A stretch of 64,000 nucleotides of DNA from Pristiophorus japonicus (lineage: Eukaryota), in assembly GCF_044704955.1 (NCBI RefSeq), contig NC_091986.1:41416001-41480000 (forward strand). The letters run 5' to 3'. The first letter of the stretch is position 1; every line of letters starts with the position of its first letter. Position numbers and translations under genes: made by a program. This document shows, piece by piece, positions 1 to 10,919 of this stretch. A model generated the notes under the pieces. The model did no database searches. It saw only the letters and a program-made list of their open reading frames with translations, and had not been told where the DNA came from.

Positions 1-46
1 TCCATGACCAGTGTGGATCCCGTTGATGAGCTGTCAAATGCAAAAG
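1..46 (+). CDS. Probable internal coding exon (3' part) of an unidentified upstream gene
   Basis: Open frame SMTSVDPVDELSNAK ending at a strong phase-1 donor AAG|GTAAGC. Confidence 0.5.
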
Positions 47-280
47 GTAAGCTGAAAATAATTCTTGGAGGCTCTAAAGATGCCACTAATGACCTGAATT
101 GGGTCCGTTGCCGCTGTGTGTCGGGTCTGCTCTGCGCTGACAGACCCGACTTTGGGAAATGTGAGTGGTGGCAAATCCACAGTTCCGACCCGCTGCATAG
201 AAAAAACTTTCCCACCTGTCACATTCCCACCCGTCACCCCCATCCCTCCCCCACGCACACAAAATTCCAACCAGAGTCTA

Positions 281-826
281 CACAATAGAAGTAGGCCATT
301 AGTATCAACTGGTCCATGCTGCCGTTTATTCTCTACTCATACCTGTCCCCATCTCTCTTCAGCTAATCCAATCAACATATCCTACATGCATATACAGCTT
401 CCCCTGAAAGACATCCATGCTATTCACCTATTTCACATTCTCACCACTCTCTGTGTAAAGTTTCTCTTGAATTTCCTATTGAATTTATTAGTGACCATCT
501 TATATTTATGGCCCCTAGTTTAGGTCTCCCCACAAATGGAAACATCTTCTCTATGTCTACCCTATCAAACAGAATTTTAAAGACCTCTATTAGGTTACTC
601 CTCAGCCTTCTCTTTTCTAGAGAAATGAGACCCAGCCTGTATAGCCTTTCCTGATCATTATAACCTCTGTTCTGGTATCATCTTTGTAAATATTTTTTGC
701 ACCTTTTCCAGTGCCTCTATATCCTTTTTATAATATGGAAACCAGAACTGTTCACATTACTCTAAGTGTGGTCTAACCAAGATTCGATACAAGTTTAGCA
801 TAACGTCTTGGCTTTTCAATTCTATC
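281..826 (-). mobile_element. CR1-type LINE 3' fragment (degenerate)
   Basis: Similar to the CR1 ORF2 C-terminus and 3' tail of other copies in the window. Confidence 0.75.
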
Positions 827-1084
827 CCTCTCGAATCAGACAATCTCCAATTGATGTGCAGAGGCCTGTTATATCACAGGATATCTGTACAATCTATGAT
901 GGCTTCAAATGCCTGATAAACCTGTTGATAAATGATGTTGCCTTTTAAGGGGGTGCATGCTGAACACATCAGTGCAGACCTTTTGCAGATACAGTGCTTT
1001 AATCATCTTTAACTTAACATGTCACCTCACTGGTGAGGCATTGATAAACAAAGTGAACAAATGCTGGTATGAGACAATGGCTAG

Positions 1085-1242
1085 ATACTGCCGATGGTTG
1101 AAATCTGAAACAAACAGAAAATCCTGGAGGCACTCATCAGGTCAGGCAGCATCTGTGGAGTGAGAAATGGAGTTAACGTTTCAGGTCGATTACCTTTCAT
1201 CAAAACTAGAAAACGTTAGAGATGTAACAGGTTTTAAGCAAG
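1085..1242 (-). mobile_element. Penelope-like element end with degenerate hammerhead motif
   Basis: Reverse strand reads AGTT-TTGATGA-AAGGTAATCGACCT-GAAACGTTAACT. Same family at ~3535-3655, 19090-19185, 34070-34180, 34670-34757 and 36690-36900. Confidence 0.6.
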
Positions 1243-1261
1243 ACGCCTCCTTCTTGCTTCC

Positions 1262-1710
1262 ACACTAATATGAGTTCTCAGGTGATTGATAAGACCAATG
1301 CGAGATCTATAGTCTCTGTCACAGGTGAGGCAGGTGGTGGTTTAAGGGACGGGTGGGTGGGGTGCTTGGGTTGTCATGCGTTCCTTCCGCTGTTTGCGTT
1401 TGGCTTCCGCGTGCCCCCGCCGAAGAGACTGTAGGTGTTCGGCGTCTTTCCCAATGCTTCCCCTCCACTTTGAGCGGTCTTGGGCCAGGAATTCCCAGGT
1501 GTCAGTGGGGATGTTTCACTTTTTCAAAGAGGCTTTGAGAGTGTCCTCTGCGTTTCCTCTGCCCACCTGGGACTCGTTTGCCGTGTCGGAGCTCTGAGTA
1601 GAGCGCTTGTTTTAGGAGTCTAGTATCGGGCATCGGAGCTGATCGAGCGTGGTCACTGTTTCGATGCTGGGGATGTTGGCCTGAGCGAGAACACGGACAT
1701 GGTCCATGTC
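1262..1710 (-). mobile_element. RTE-clade LINE 3' fragment
   Basis: Minus-strand peptide MPDTRLLKQALYSELRHGKRVPGGQRKR, typical of the RTE ORF C-terminus. Confidence 0.85.
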
Positions 1711-1789
1711 TCTGAAGCATATAGGAGGGCGGGTATCACTACTGCTCTGTCGACCATGAGCTTGGTGCCAGGTTTGAGATCCTTGGCCC

Positions 1790-2350
1790 CTCGATGCTTC
1801 TCCGCCATTCAATAAGATCATGGCTGATCTGATCTTGGGCTCAGCTCCATTTGCCTGCCCATTCCCCATAACCCTTCACTCCCTTATTGCTCAAAAATCT
1901 ATCTCCACCTTTATTATATTCAATGACCCAGCCTCCACAGCTCTCTGGGGCAGAGAATTCCACAGATTTACAACCCTCTGAGAGAAGAAATTCCTCCTCA
2001 TCCCAGTTTTAAATGGGCGACCCCTTAGTCTGAAACTATGCCCCCCTGTTCTAGATTCCCCCACAAGGGGAGACATCCTCTCTGCATCTACCCTGTCAAG
2101 CCCCCTCAGTATCTTATATGTTTCAATAAGATCACTTCTCATTCTTCTAAATTCCAATGAGTATCGGCCTAACCTACTCAACCTTTCTTCATAAGTCAAC
2201 CCCTTCATCTCAGGAATCAACCTAGTGAACCTTCTCTGAACAGCCTCTAATGCACGTATTTCCTTTCTTAAATATGGAGACCAAAACTGTACGCAGTACA
2301 CCAGGTGTGGCCTCACCAATACCCTGTACAGTTGTAGCAGGACTTCTCTG
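1790..2350 (-). mobile_element. CR1 LINE 3' fragment
   Basis: ORF VRPHLVYCVQFWSPYLRK...[14 protein letters not shown]. Confidence 0.92.
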
Positions 2351-3019
2351 CGTGTGAGTGTGAGGGGTAGCTAGTGAGATGGGAATCTGGTTATGTAGAT
2401 AGAGAGGGATGGGTGGACGTGCAAGGTATGTTGGAGTAAGGATGTGCAGGAGTAGGGTTGGAAAGGCAGAGTGATGAGGATGTGACGAGAGGCACAGCAG
2501 GATGAAATTGAGTGTGGCTTTGTACTTACAATTCCTGATTTAATGAGATAATTGAAACGTTTGCAGCGCTGCAGCCAGGTACCTCTGACCACATCGCTGC
2601 TGCTGCTGATCTCCTCTTCAATCTCCAACCAGGATGTTTTGGTTTCATGGTGAGGTCCTTCCACCCATTGGAAGGGAAGAGGACTTCCCTGCGTGCTCTG
2701 ACTCTCTCCATAAGCATATGGAGGGAGTTATCGGAGAACCTGCGTGTTCAGTCATTGTCAGTGTTTGCAGCACTCCAATGCTGTAGTGCACTGACAGCAC
2801 TATGTTACATTGACATTCAAATCCAATGTGGCCATAGCCCTTTTAAAGATCCTGGCTGAAAACACGTCATGGATGACATAACTAGACCCGTACCATTTAA
2901 TTGGGCCAGATAACGCACAGGGCGGGCATAATATGCCCTATTAAGGGAAAGTCATTTTCAGCAGCGGGATGGAGCCAGCAGTGGGGTCGCGACCCGCCCA
3001 AGTAGGTAAAATTCCGGCC
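2351..3019 (-). mobile_element. Truncated PIF/Harbinger element with frameshifted Myb/SANT-like accessory gene exon
   Basis: RFSDNSLHMLMERVRARREVLFP...TKTSWLEIEEEISS...TWLQRCKRFNYL followed by a GTAAGT donor; one TIR-like end AAAATTCCGGCC at 3008-3019. Confidence 0.7.
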
Positions 3020-3666
3020 ATGGTTGGGCTTTCTGTTATTTTCAATAGTAATTGCTTGACAGTTATGTGAATATTACCTGACATTTGTCAGCCACGTATC
3101 TGGATATTAGCCAGGTTCTGTTATTGCAGGAAGCATGTTGGTCAGGTAACTCGATGTGCACTTGAAGTGTCATAACCTATAGGGCTACAGACCAAGAGTT
3201 GGAAAGTGGGATTAGGCTGTTAGCTCTTTTTCGGCCTGCACAAAACACAATGGGCCAAATGGTCTCTGTTTGTGCCATAAACTATGATCCTATGAACTGG
3301 GAGAATTGCTTCCTCTCCTTTGAATAATCCTATGGAACCTTTAACATAGGTGGGGCCTTGATTTAATCTCATCCAAACAACAGTACCACCTTAATCGGAA
3401 TGGAGCATAAAGTGACTGCGTGGAGGCATGAATGAGAGAAAAATAACTAAAAATGATGGGGAATCTTCATTTAAAATTAAGAAAAGTTTTCCCTCAATTG
3501 CCAATACTACCATTCCGAGCACATACAGAATATTAAAACAAAAGCAAAACACTGCGGATGCTGGAAATCTGAAATAAAAACAGGAAATGCTGGAGACACT
3601 CAGCAGGTCAGGCAGCATCTATGAACATTTCAGGTCGATGACCTTTCATCAGAATATTAATACTTT

Positions 3667-5183
3667 GGGCCCAAGCTTCCACATGATAAAAAACGGGCGC
3701 CACTCCGAGCTGGGCGCCCGTTTTTCGCGCCTAAAACGGCGCCGGAAAAAAAACGAGCGATTCTGGAGCGCTTTGCAGCTCCTTGTCTGTTTGGCGCGGC
3801 GCCCAGGGGGGCGGAGCCTACACTCGCGCCGATTTTGTAAGTGGGAGGGGGCCGGTACTATTTCAATTAGTTTTTTCCTGCCGGCAACGCTGCACGTGCG
3901 CGTTGGAGCGTTTGCGCATGCTCAGTGTGAAAAAAACATTGGCACTCGGCCATTTTTGTAGTTCTTTGTAGCTGTTTAGCTTTTGAACATTTTTTAATAA
4001 AAGTACATTGCCATCAGCACAGAGGCTTCTTGTAGCAGTGAGAAGGGTGCAGGAAGCCTCAAAGTTGAGGCAGCCATTTCCCGACGACCTCCCCCTTTTG
4101 CCGTCGGGAAATGGCTCCTCAATTTCTGAGGCTTCCTGCAGCATTCTCTCTTTCCCGCCAGCGGTCTGGAACGGCTCCATTCCCCCCCCGCGTTCGGTCG
4201 GCTCCCTCCATTCCCTCCCCCCCCCCCGCGTTCGGTCGGATCCCTCCCTTCCCCCCTGTGTTCGGTCGGCTCCCTCCCTCCCTCCCTCCCGCCCGCGTTC
4301 GGTCGGCTCCCTCCCTCCCGCCCGCATTCGGTCGGCTCCCTCCCTCTCCCCCCCCCCGCGCCCCCCCGCGTTCGGTAGGCTCCCTCCCTGGCTCCCGCCC
4401 GCCCGCGTTCGGTCGGCTCCCTCCTTCCCTCCCGCCCGCGTTCGGTCGGCTCTCTCCCTCCCGCGTTCGTCGGCTCCCTTCCCTTCCCTCTCCCCCCCCC
4501 CCCCCCGCATTCGGCGGCTCCCTTCCCTTCCCTTCCCCACCCCCGCATTCGTCGGCTCCCTTCCCTTCCCTCCCCCCCCCCGCCCGCCCGCGTTCGGTCG
4601 GCTCCCTCCTCCCCCCGCCCGCCCCCGCCCGAGTTCGGTCGGCTCCCTCCTCACTCCCGCCCGCGTTCGGTCGGCTCCCTTGTTTTGTGAGGCTTGCTGC
4701 ACCATTCTCCCTGGCTGAAGCACTTTCACACAGGTAGGAAGATGGTTTATTTAATCTTTTCTTTGCTTATAAATGTTTATTCAGGTTGGATTTATTTGTA
4801 TAATATTTGTATAAGTATAAATAAGGATTTATTGTAGAATTTAATGAGTTCCCTTTCCCCCCCCCCCTCGTTCTGGACGCCTGATTTGTAACCTGTGCCT
4901 GATTTTTTAATGTGTAGAACAGGTTTTTTCAGTTCTACAAAAATCTTCACTTGCTCCATTCTACTTTAGTTTGGAGTACATTTTCACTGTGGAAACTTTC
5001 AAATCAGGCGTCAGTGGCCGGACACGCCCCGTTTTGAAGAAAAAATTCTGTTCCAAAGTGGAACTGTTCTACCTGACTAGAACTGCAGAAAATAAAATGT
5101 GGAGAATTGCGAATTCTAAGATAGTCCGTTCTCCACCAGTTGCTCCTAAAAATCAGGCGCAAATCATGTGGAAACTTGGGCCC
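3667..5183. mobile_element. Non-autonomous PIF/Harbinger DNA transposon, family A copy 1
   Basis: TIRs GGGCCCAAGCTTCCACATGAT / ATCATGTGGAAACTTGGGCCC; 3-bp TSD TTT; inverted homolog at 41910-43183. Confidence 0.88.
4180..4680. repeat. C-rich minisatellite with core CGTTCGGTCGGCTCCCTCC inside the Harbinger element
   Basis: About 15 imperfect units of variable length. Confidence 0.93.
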
Positions 5184-5296
5184 TTTGTGTTTATATTGGA
5201 AAACCAACATGTTTGATATGTCAATTTGGTAACATTGCTCTGCTTTGGGTGCAAGAACTGCTTTTACCACCAAAGAGAAGGTCGAGCACAAACATA

Positions 5297-6735
5297 AGGC
5301 TCAATTTTCCCCAAAGCATTTTTTTTGGCATACTTGAAGAGATATGCCCAATTTTTGGGGACCCAAGTACGACAAAATAAAATTCTAAGTTTCCCCGTTA
5401 GATTTCTTCATTTTGGCCTGGCGTAACCAGACCTTTAGTTTTGGGGGTGGAGCCTTGATCTGCGCCAAAAAGATCGGGCTGCCATGGTAACCAGGGACAC
5501 AATGCGAGCTGAGGCTGCAAAGTGAAGCATACAGCCAGCTCCCAACACATTAAAAGAATAGAAAAACACATAACAGCAACTTATCTCCAACCCTGCCGGA
5601 AGGGCTTGCTGGTCCACTCGCATTCTTGGTCCCCACCAGTTCAATTCTCTGATCTCTCTCTTGCTCTGTATCTGACCGAAGGGCTTACCGGTGCGCTCTT
5701 CCGCCCCTAGCCCTGGCCGAAGGGCTTGCCGGTGCGCTCACCCGCCCCTAGCCCTGGCCGAGTGGCCTCCTGGTCTGCTCCCTAGCCCAAGGGCTTGCCG
5801 GTGCGCTCTCCCGCCCCTAGCCCTGGCCGAGTGGTCTCCCGGTCTGCTCCCTAGCCCAAGGGCTTGCCGGTGCGCTCTCCCGCCCCTAGCCCTGGCCGAG
5901 TGGTCTCCCTGTCTGCTCCCGAGCCCAAGGGCTTGCTGGTGCGCTCTCCCGCCCCTAGCCCTGGCCGAGTGGTCTCCCAGTCTGCTCCCGAGCCCAAAGG
6001 CTTGCCGGTGCGCTCTCCCGCCCCTAGCCCTGGCCAAGTGGTCTCCCGGTCTGCTCCCGAGCCCAAGGGCTTGCCAGTGCGCTCTCCCGCCCCTAGCCCT
6101 GGCCGAGTGGTCTTCCGGTCTGCTCTCCCGCCCCTAGTCCTTGCCGAATGGTCTCCCGGTCTGCTCGCCTGCCCCTAACCCAGGCTGACTGGCCTTCCGG
6201 TGCGCTCCCACGCCCCTATCCCAGGCCCAAGGGCTTGCCGGTGCACTCTCCCGTCCCCTAGCCCTGGCCGAAGGGCTTGCCGGTGCATTCTCCCGCCCCG
6301 GCCCCTGGCCGAGTGGTCCTACTCCCTCCTGGTCCCAGCACCTAACTACACCCGAAAGGCTTCCCCCCATCCCCTCTCCCTCCCCCCCCACCTCTCTCTT
6401 ACCTTTCCTGCTGAAAAAGATGTCCGGACATCTACTGCACTTACCTGCATCGATCTCCTTACCTATGGCAATTTCTTTAACTCTCCAGAAGGTTTTTCTG
6501 CAGAGGCCACATACGTTGGCCTAAGCAGAACTGCAGTAACTCTCAGCTGGCCAAACTTCCACAAATGACCAGAATTGGTGTAGGTGGCTGAAAAAAAAAA
6601 CTGACCTCAAAAAATCGTAACTAACTGAGTTACACTGGTGCAAATTGATTGGGGAAATTCTGGTTTTTCAACTTAGGCCAAAAAGGGCAGTCTGCTCCAA
6701 AAAAACGGCGCAAATCACTGAGGAAAATTGAGTCC
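5297..6735. mobile_element. Non-autonomous PIF/Harbinger DNA transposon, family B
   Basis: TIRs AGGCTCAATTTTCCCCA / TGAGGAAAATTGAGTCC; 3-bp TSD ATA. Confidence 0.82.
5680..6315. repeat. 69-bp GC-rich minisatellite (~6 full units plus degenerate partial units)
   Basis: GGGCTTGCCGG recurs at 5791 and 5860; 23-aa periodicity in the ORF track. Confidence 0.95.
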
Positions 6736-7883
6736 ATAGTGTCTATATTTAAGGAAATGTCGGGAACGATTGCAAACCCATTTAAACAAATGCAGCTGTA
6801 AGGGCAAATTTTCCACTTAAGCATTCCCGGGAAAGTACAAAATGGAAAATGTCCCTGATGTTTATTTGTCAGATTGGTATGCTCCAAAATAGATTATATT
6901 CCAAACCAAAATGAGTGAGTGCCACTCCTGGCCAGGCAGGGTTGGCAGGTCAGAACAGGAGGGTAGATTTGTGCTTCCAACATGGAGCTGTGTGTGCTGG
7001 GAACACAGATTTGTTAAAACTAGTGTATGATTTAAGAAGAGCGCAGTTTTTTCTATCTCGCCAAGCTATATGAGCTATAATCTTATTTTTTGCAATTATG
7101 TAGACATTCTTGGTGAATCTATATGCTCAAAGTGAAGGTTATCAGAGCTGAACAATGGAATATTTTTCACAATCTGTTACCCTGCGTTAGCATCAAGTGA
7201 TCCCAGTTCATTTATGGCATGGCCAGATTCAAATACAGTGTCAAACTCTTGTCTGTTCTGGTCCAACAATGTTCATTAATCACAAATTCAGAAACGCACT
7301 CATTACTGCACCAGCCCAATTATTTTGTTCCATTTCCCGCATCAGCTTCTCTGAGTGAAACTGCCAATTTGTGCTAGATTGTGGGCAGTTTTGTACTGTG
7401 AACTGGCATGCAATAGGAACTGGGTTGATATTGTTCCAACTCACAGAATCCTTACAGTGGGCTGAGAGAGAGGATACGTTGATCCCGACAGTGCCGACTG
7501 GATCTAGAAATTAAACAGTAACATGCTAACCCACTGTGCCACCATCTCATTTTAAAGATATTTGAAATCTGCAATTTCTGGCTTCTTTTTATTTATTGGA
7601 CACTATGAACTTTCAGGGGAAAAAAAGACATGTTGCAGAGTGATAAGAGCAGCTGTCGTGACACAATGCTCTAATGAAGTGGGAGTCAAGATACAAAAGA
7701 AACTGACTGCAGGACAATCCAGGGCATTTATTTAACCCTTGCACTAATAGTTCACTAACGTAATCCTCAGCCATGGCCACTATGTATATAATGTCAGACA
7801 TCTGGTTACTTTTAATGCAGCGCCTTTAAACAGTGATTTATTAACACACTAATTCCTGCTGATTATCTTTCTTTTTTTTTTAG

Positions 7884-8086
7884 ATGGAGTATACTGCAAT
7901 GCAGAAGCTTGCCGATCTGCTGCTCATCAGCTCCGAGAGTGCAGGCTGCTTCATGCACCTTACCTGACCCCCAAGAAAAATGTCAGTGAAGAAGAAGAGT
8001 CAACTCCACAATTCCAGACTCCTGAAAAAGTCAACCCTTCTGACAACAGACGAGGAGTGGGAGCCAGGCGCATGCTTTTTAAATGA
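7884..8086 (+). CDS. Probable terminal coding exon of an unidentified upstream gene
   Basis: Long pyrimidine tract plus TAG acceptor. The phase-1 frame is open for 66 codons, (D)GVYCNAEACRSAAHQL...GVGARRMLFK*, and is compatible with the donor at 46/47. Confidence 0.6.
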
Positions 8087-8178
8087 GTATGTGTACACAC
8101 GCGTGTGTATGTGTGTCTATGTGTGTACATGTACGTGTACACGCATGTGTGTGTACGTGCGTGTATCTACACACACAC
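8087..8178. repeat. Imperfect (GT/AC)n alternating purine-pyrimidine microsatellite
   Basis: Read directly; begins right after the stop codon at 8084-8086. Confidence 0.85.
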
Positions 8179-9171
8179 AAAAAAAAAAGAGGGTTGGGAG
8201 AAATGAGATACAAAGCCAGGGAATGAGATTTCAGGAACTTTCTTGGATCTCTTTGGTAAAGTAGAAGAAATACATCCTGATGCAATGTCAAACACTCCTG
8301 CTTTGAGAAGTTTTCATTATTTCCCCCCCAATTACCCCAAGGCCATAAAATTGAACTTTATCCGCACAACTCTCTCAGGAGAGGAGTTCCATGTGTGGAT
8401 ATTGAGTGAAAACAGGATCACACCCAATTTATTTGACCAACGCCAGTGCTTACTGTGGAGACAGAGGGTGAGGTACAGGAGACCTGTCGGAACCTGTGGA
8501 TCCTTACCTCATATATCGGTACCTTCAGGAGAAGAGGGAAGAAAGTTAGGGAATAAGTGTTTTATCTGACTTCATTGGTGATGAAAGTACAAACAAAAAT
8601 CAGTTTTACAATTTCTAACGGATGGAACATGGTGGCAGCGTGCACCTGAATTCCTGGGCAGGTTAAGATCTGCAAATTCTCCCAAAATTCATTATCCATA
8701 TTTACAGTAACAATGTAGAGAATCAACTATCATGAAAGTGTACTGTGTGATTAATATGGACTTTTAAATATGTACAATTAGTTAATTTTAATAATAAATT
8801 TCGGTATTACCTTTACATTGCAGCAGCTTGCAATCTATATGCACAGTAAATATTATGTTGGTTTATAAAATTACCTCGAATGTGTAACACAAGGAATTAC
8901 AAAGGTACCGTATTGTAAGGCAGCGCATTCTAGATCACAACAACTCGCTGCAATGTAACAATCAATAGAATCAACTACCAAAACAGTCTATAGTTTTACT
9001 AATACTGTGAACGCTTAAACATGTATAATGAGAATGATGTACACCGAAAATATGTTATTTAATATATTTGTTAATTTTAATAATGAATTTAGGTATTACC
9101 TTTACATTGGATCAGTTTGGGATACAGGCACAGTAAATATTACGTCAATTTATGAAGAATTTGTGAAATCC

Positions 9172-10865
9172 ACAGCATTGATGAACAAGATAAGGACTCA
9201 TGGGATTGGAGGTAATGTATTAGCATGGATAACGGACAGAAGACAAAGAGTAGGGATAAATGGATCTTTTTCAGGTTGGCAGGCTATAACTAGTGGGTGT
9301 TGCAAGGATCAGTGCTGGGGCCTCAGCTATTTACAATCTATATTAATGACCTAGTAAAGGGACCGAGTGTAATATATTCAAGTTTGCTGATAATACAAAG
9401 CTAGGTGGGACAATAAGCTGTGAGGGAACACAAAGTGTTTGCAAAGGGATATAGGGCCCGATATTGGTGGCCTTACCGCCTGCTGCCGCCGAGTTTTGCC
9501 TCCGGTTTCCTGTCTCTCCCAGTTTCCACTTGGCCTGGGGCGGCCGGGAGGGAGGTACCGCCGGGAACCGCCCGCTGACGCCCTCTGGCGACCAAGTAGC
9601 GCAAGTGGCCTCCCGCCCGCCAAGATGCCAGATTGGTGCGGGTGGAAGTCGGCGCCAGCAGGGGGAAAGACTGCTGCATGGAGGCTGTTCTAACCCCGAT
9701 GGTAGGTATGAAGAACGGAAAAAAAAGGTGTGTGAACATAATTTTAACATTTTTTTCACAGCAACTTCCCTGGATGGGGTTCCTTGAAGGTGTTCCGTTG
9801 GGTTTTTTTTTGTAATGCTTTTTATTTCCCGCTCTTCCACCCTCACTGGACCTGACTCCATCCTTGGCGGCACTTGGGCGGCAAGAGCCTTTGCCGCCGA
9901 GATTGAGAGCTCCCGCCCACTGCTGCCCAGATTGATGGCGTAAGCCATTATTTTGCCACCTCTTTCAGAGGAATCTTCTTGGCAAAGTACCACCCGGTCT
10001 CTCGGCGGCACTTTGGGCAGGCCTTGGCCTTCATCAATTTCGGGCCTAAAGACAGACTAAGTGAGTGGGCAGTAAGGTGGCAGATGGAGAATAAATGTAG
10101 GGAATTTTGAGGTTATTCACTTTGGTACAAATAATAGAAAAACAGGATATTTTTTTAAATGGCAAGGAACTTTTAAATATTGGTGTTCAGAGAGATTTGG
10201 GTGTCCTCGTGCAAGAAACACAGAAAGCTAGCATGCAGGTACAGCAAACAATAAGGAAGACAAATGGCATGTTGTCCTTTTATAGAAGTATAAGAGTAAG
10301 GAAGCTACAATTGTACAGGGCCTTGGTGAGACCACACCTGGAGTACTGTGCACAGTTTTGGTCTCCTTATCCAAAGAAGGATATACTTGCCTTGGAGGTG
10401 GTACAACGGATGTTCACAAGATTGATTCCTGGGATGTCTTATGATGAGAGATTGTGTAGAATGGACCTACACTCTCTGGAGTTTAGAAGAATTAAAGTGA
10501 TCTCATTGAAACATACATGATTGTGAAGGAGATTAACAGGGTAGATGCTGAGAGGTTGCTTCCCTTGGCTGGAGAGTCTAGAACTATGGGGCACAATCTC
10601 AGGATAAGGGGTAGGCCATTTAAGACAAAGATGAGGAGCAATTTCTTCACTCAGAGGGTTGTGAGTCTTTGGAATTCTCTGCCCCAGAGGGCTGTGGATG
10701 CTGAGTCTCTGAATATATTCAAGATAGATAGATTTTTGGAGTCATGGGGAATAAAGGGATATGAAGATCGGGCAGGAAAGTGGAGATCAGCCATGATCTT
10801 ACTGAATGGCGGAGCAGGCTCAAGGGGCAGTAGGGCCTACTCCTGCTCCTATTCCTTATGTTTTA
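9172..10865 (+). mobile_element. CR1 LINE fragment interrupted by a Harbinger-type MITE
   Basis: RT-like KIRTHGIGGNVLAWI before 9453; resumes at 10048 with [15 protein letters not shown]. Confidence 0.9.
9454..10047. mobile_element. PIF/Harbinger-type MITE nested in CR1
   Basis: TIRs GGGCCCGATATTGGTG / CATCAATTTCGGGCCT; TSD ATA/AAA; splits CAAAGGGATATA|GACAGAC. Confidence 0.8.
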
Positions 10866-10919
10866 TTTCTTCATTCACCACTGTATAGATACAGCAGAGA
10901 AAATTGTAACCTTTATTCA

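Noticed and set aside
3863-4737. Several 184-288 aa Pro/Arg/Gly-rich ORFs on both strands
   Set aside because: Stop-free frames produced by the GC-rich minisatellite inside a TIR element; no splice or domain evidence.
5680-6315. Regular repeat resembling a CRISPR array or a repeat-protein gene
   Set aside because: Units are contiguous 69-mers with no unique spacers, there are no cas genes, the context is vertebrate, and ORFs occur in several frames.
7884-7967. ATG-initiated 27-aa ORF MEYTAMQKLADLLLISSESAGCFMHLT
   Set aside because: The ATG sits exactly at a splice acceptor; the phase-1 frame is much longer and fits the upstream donor.
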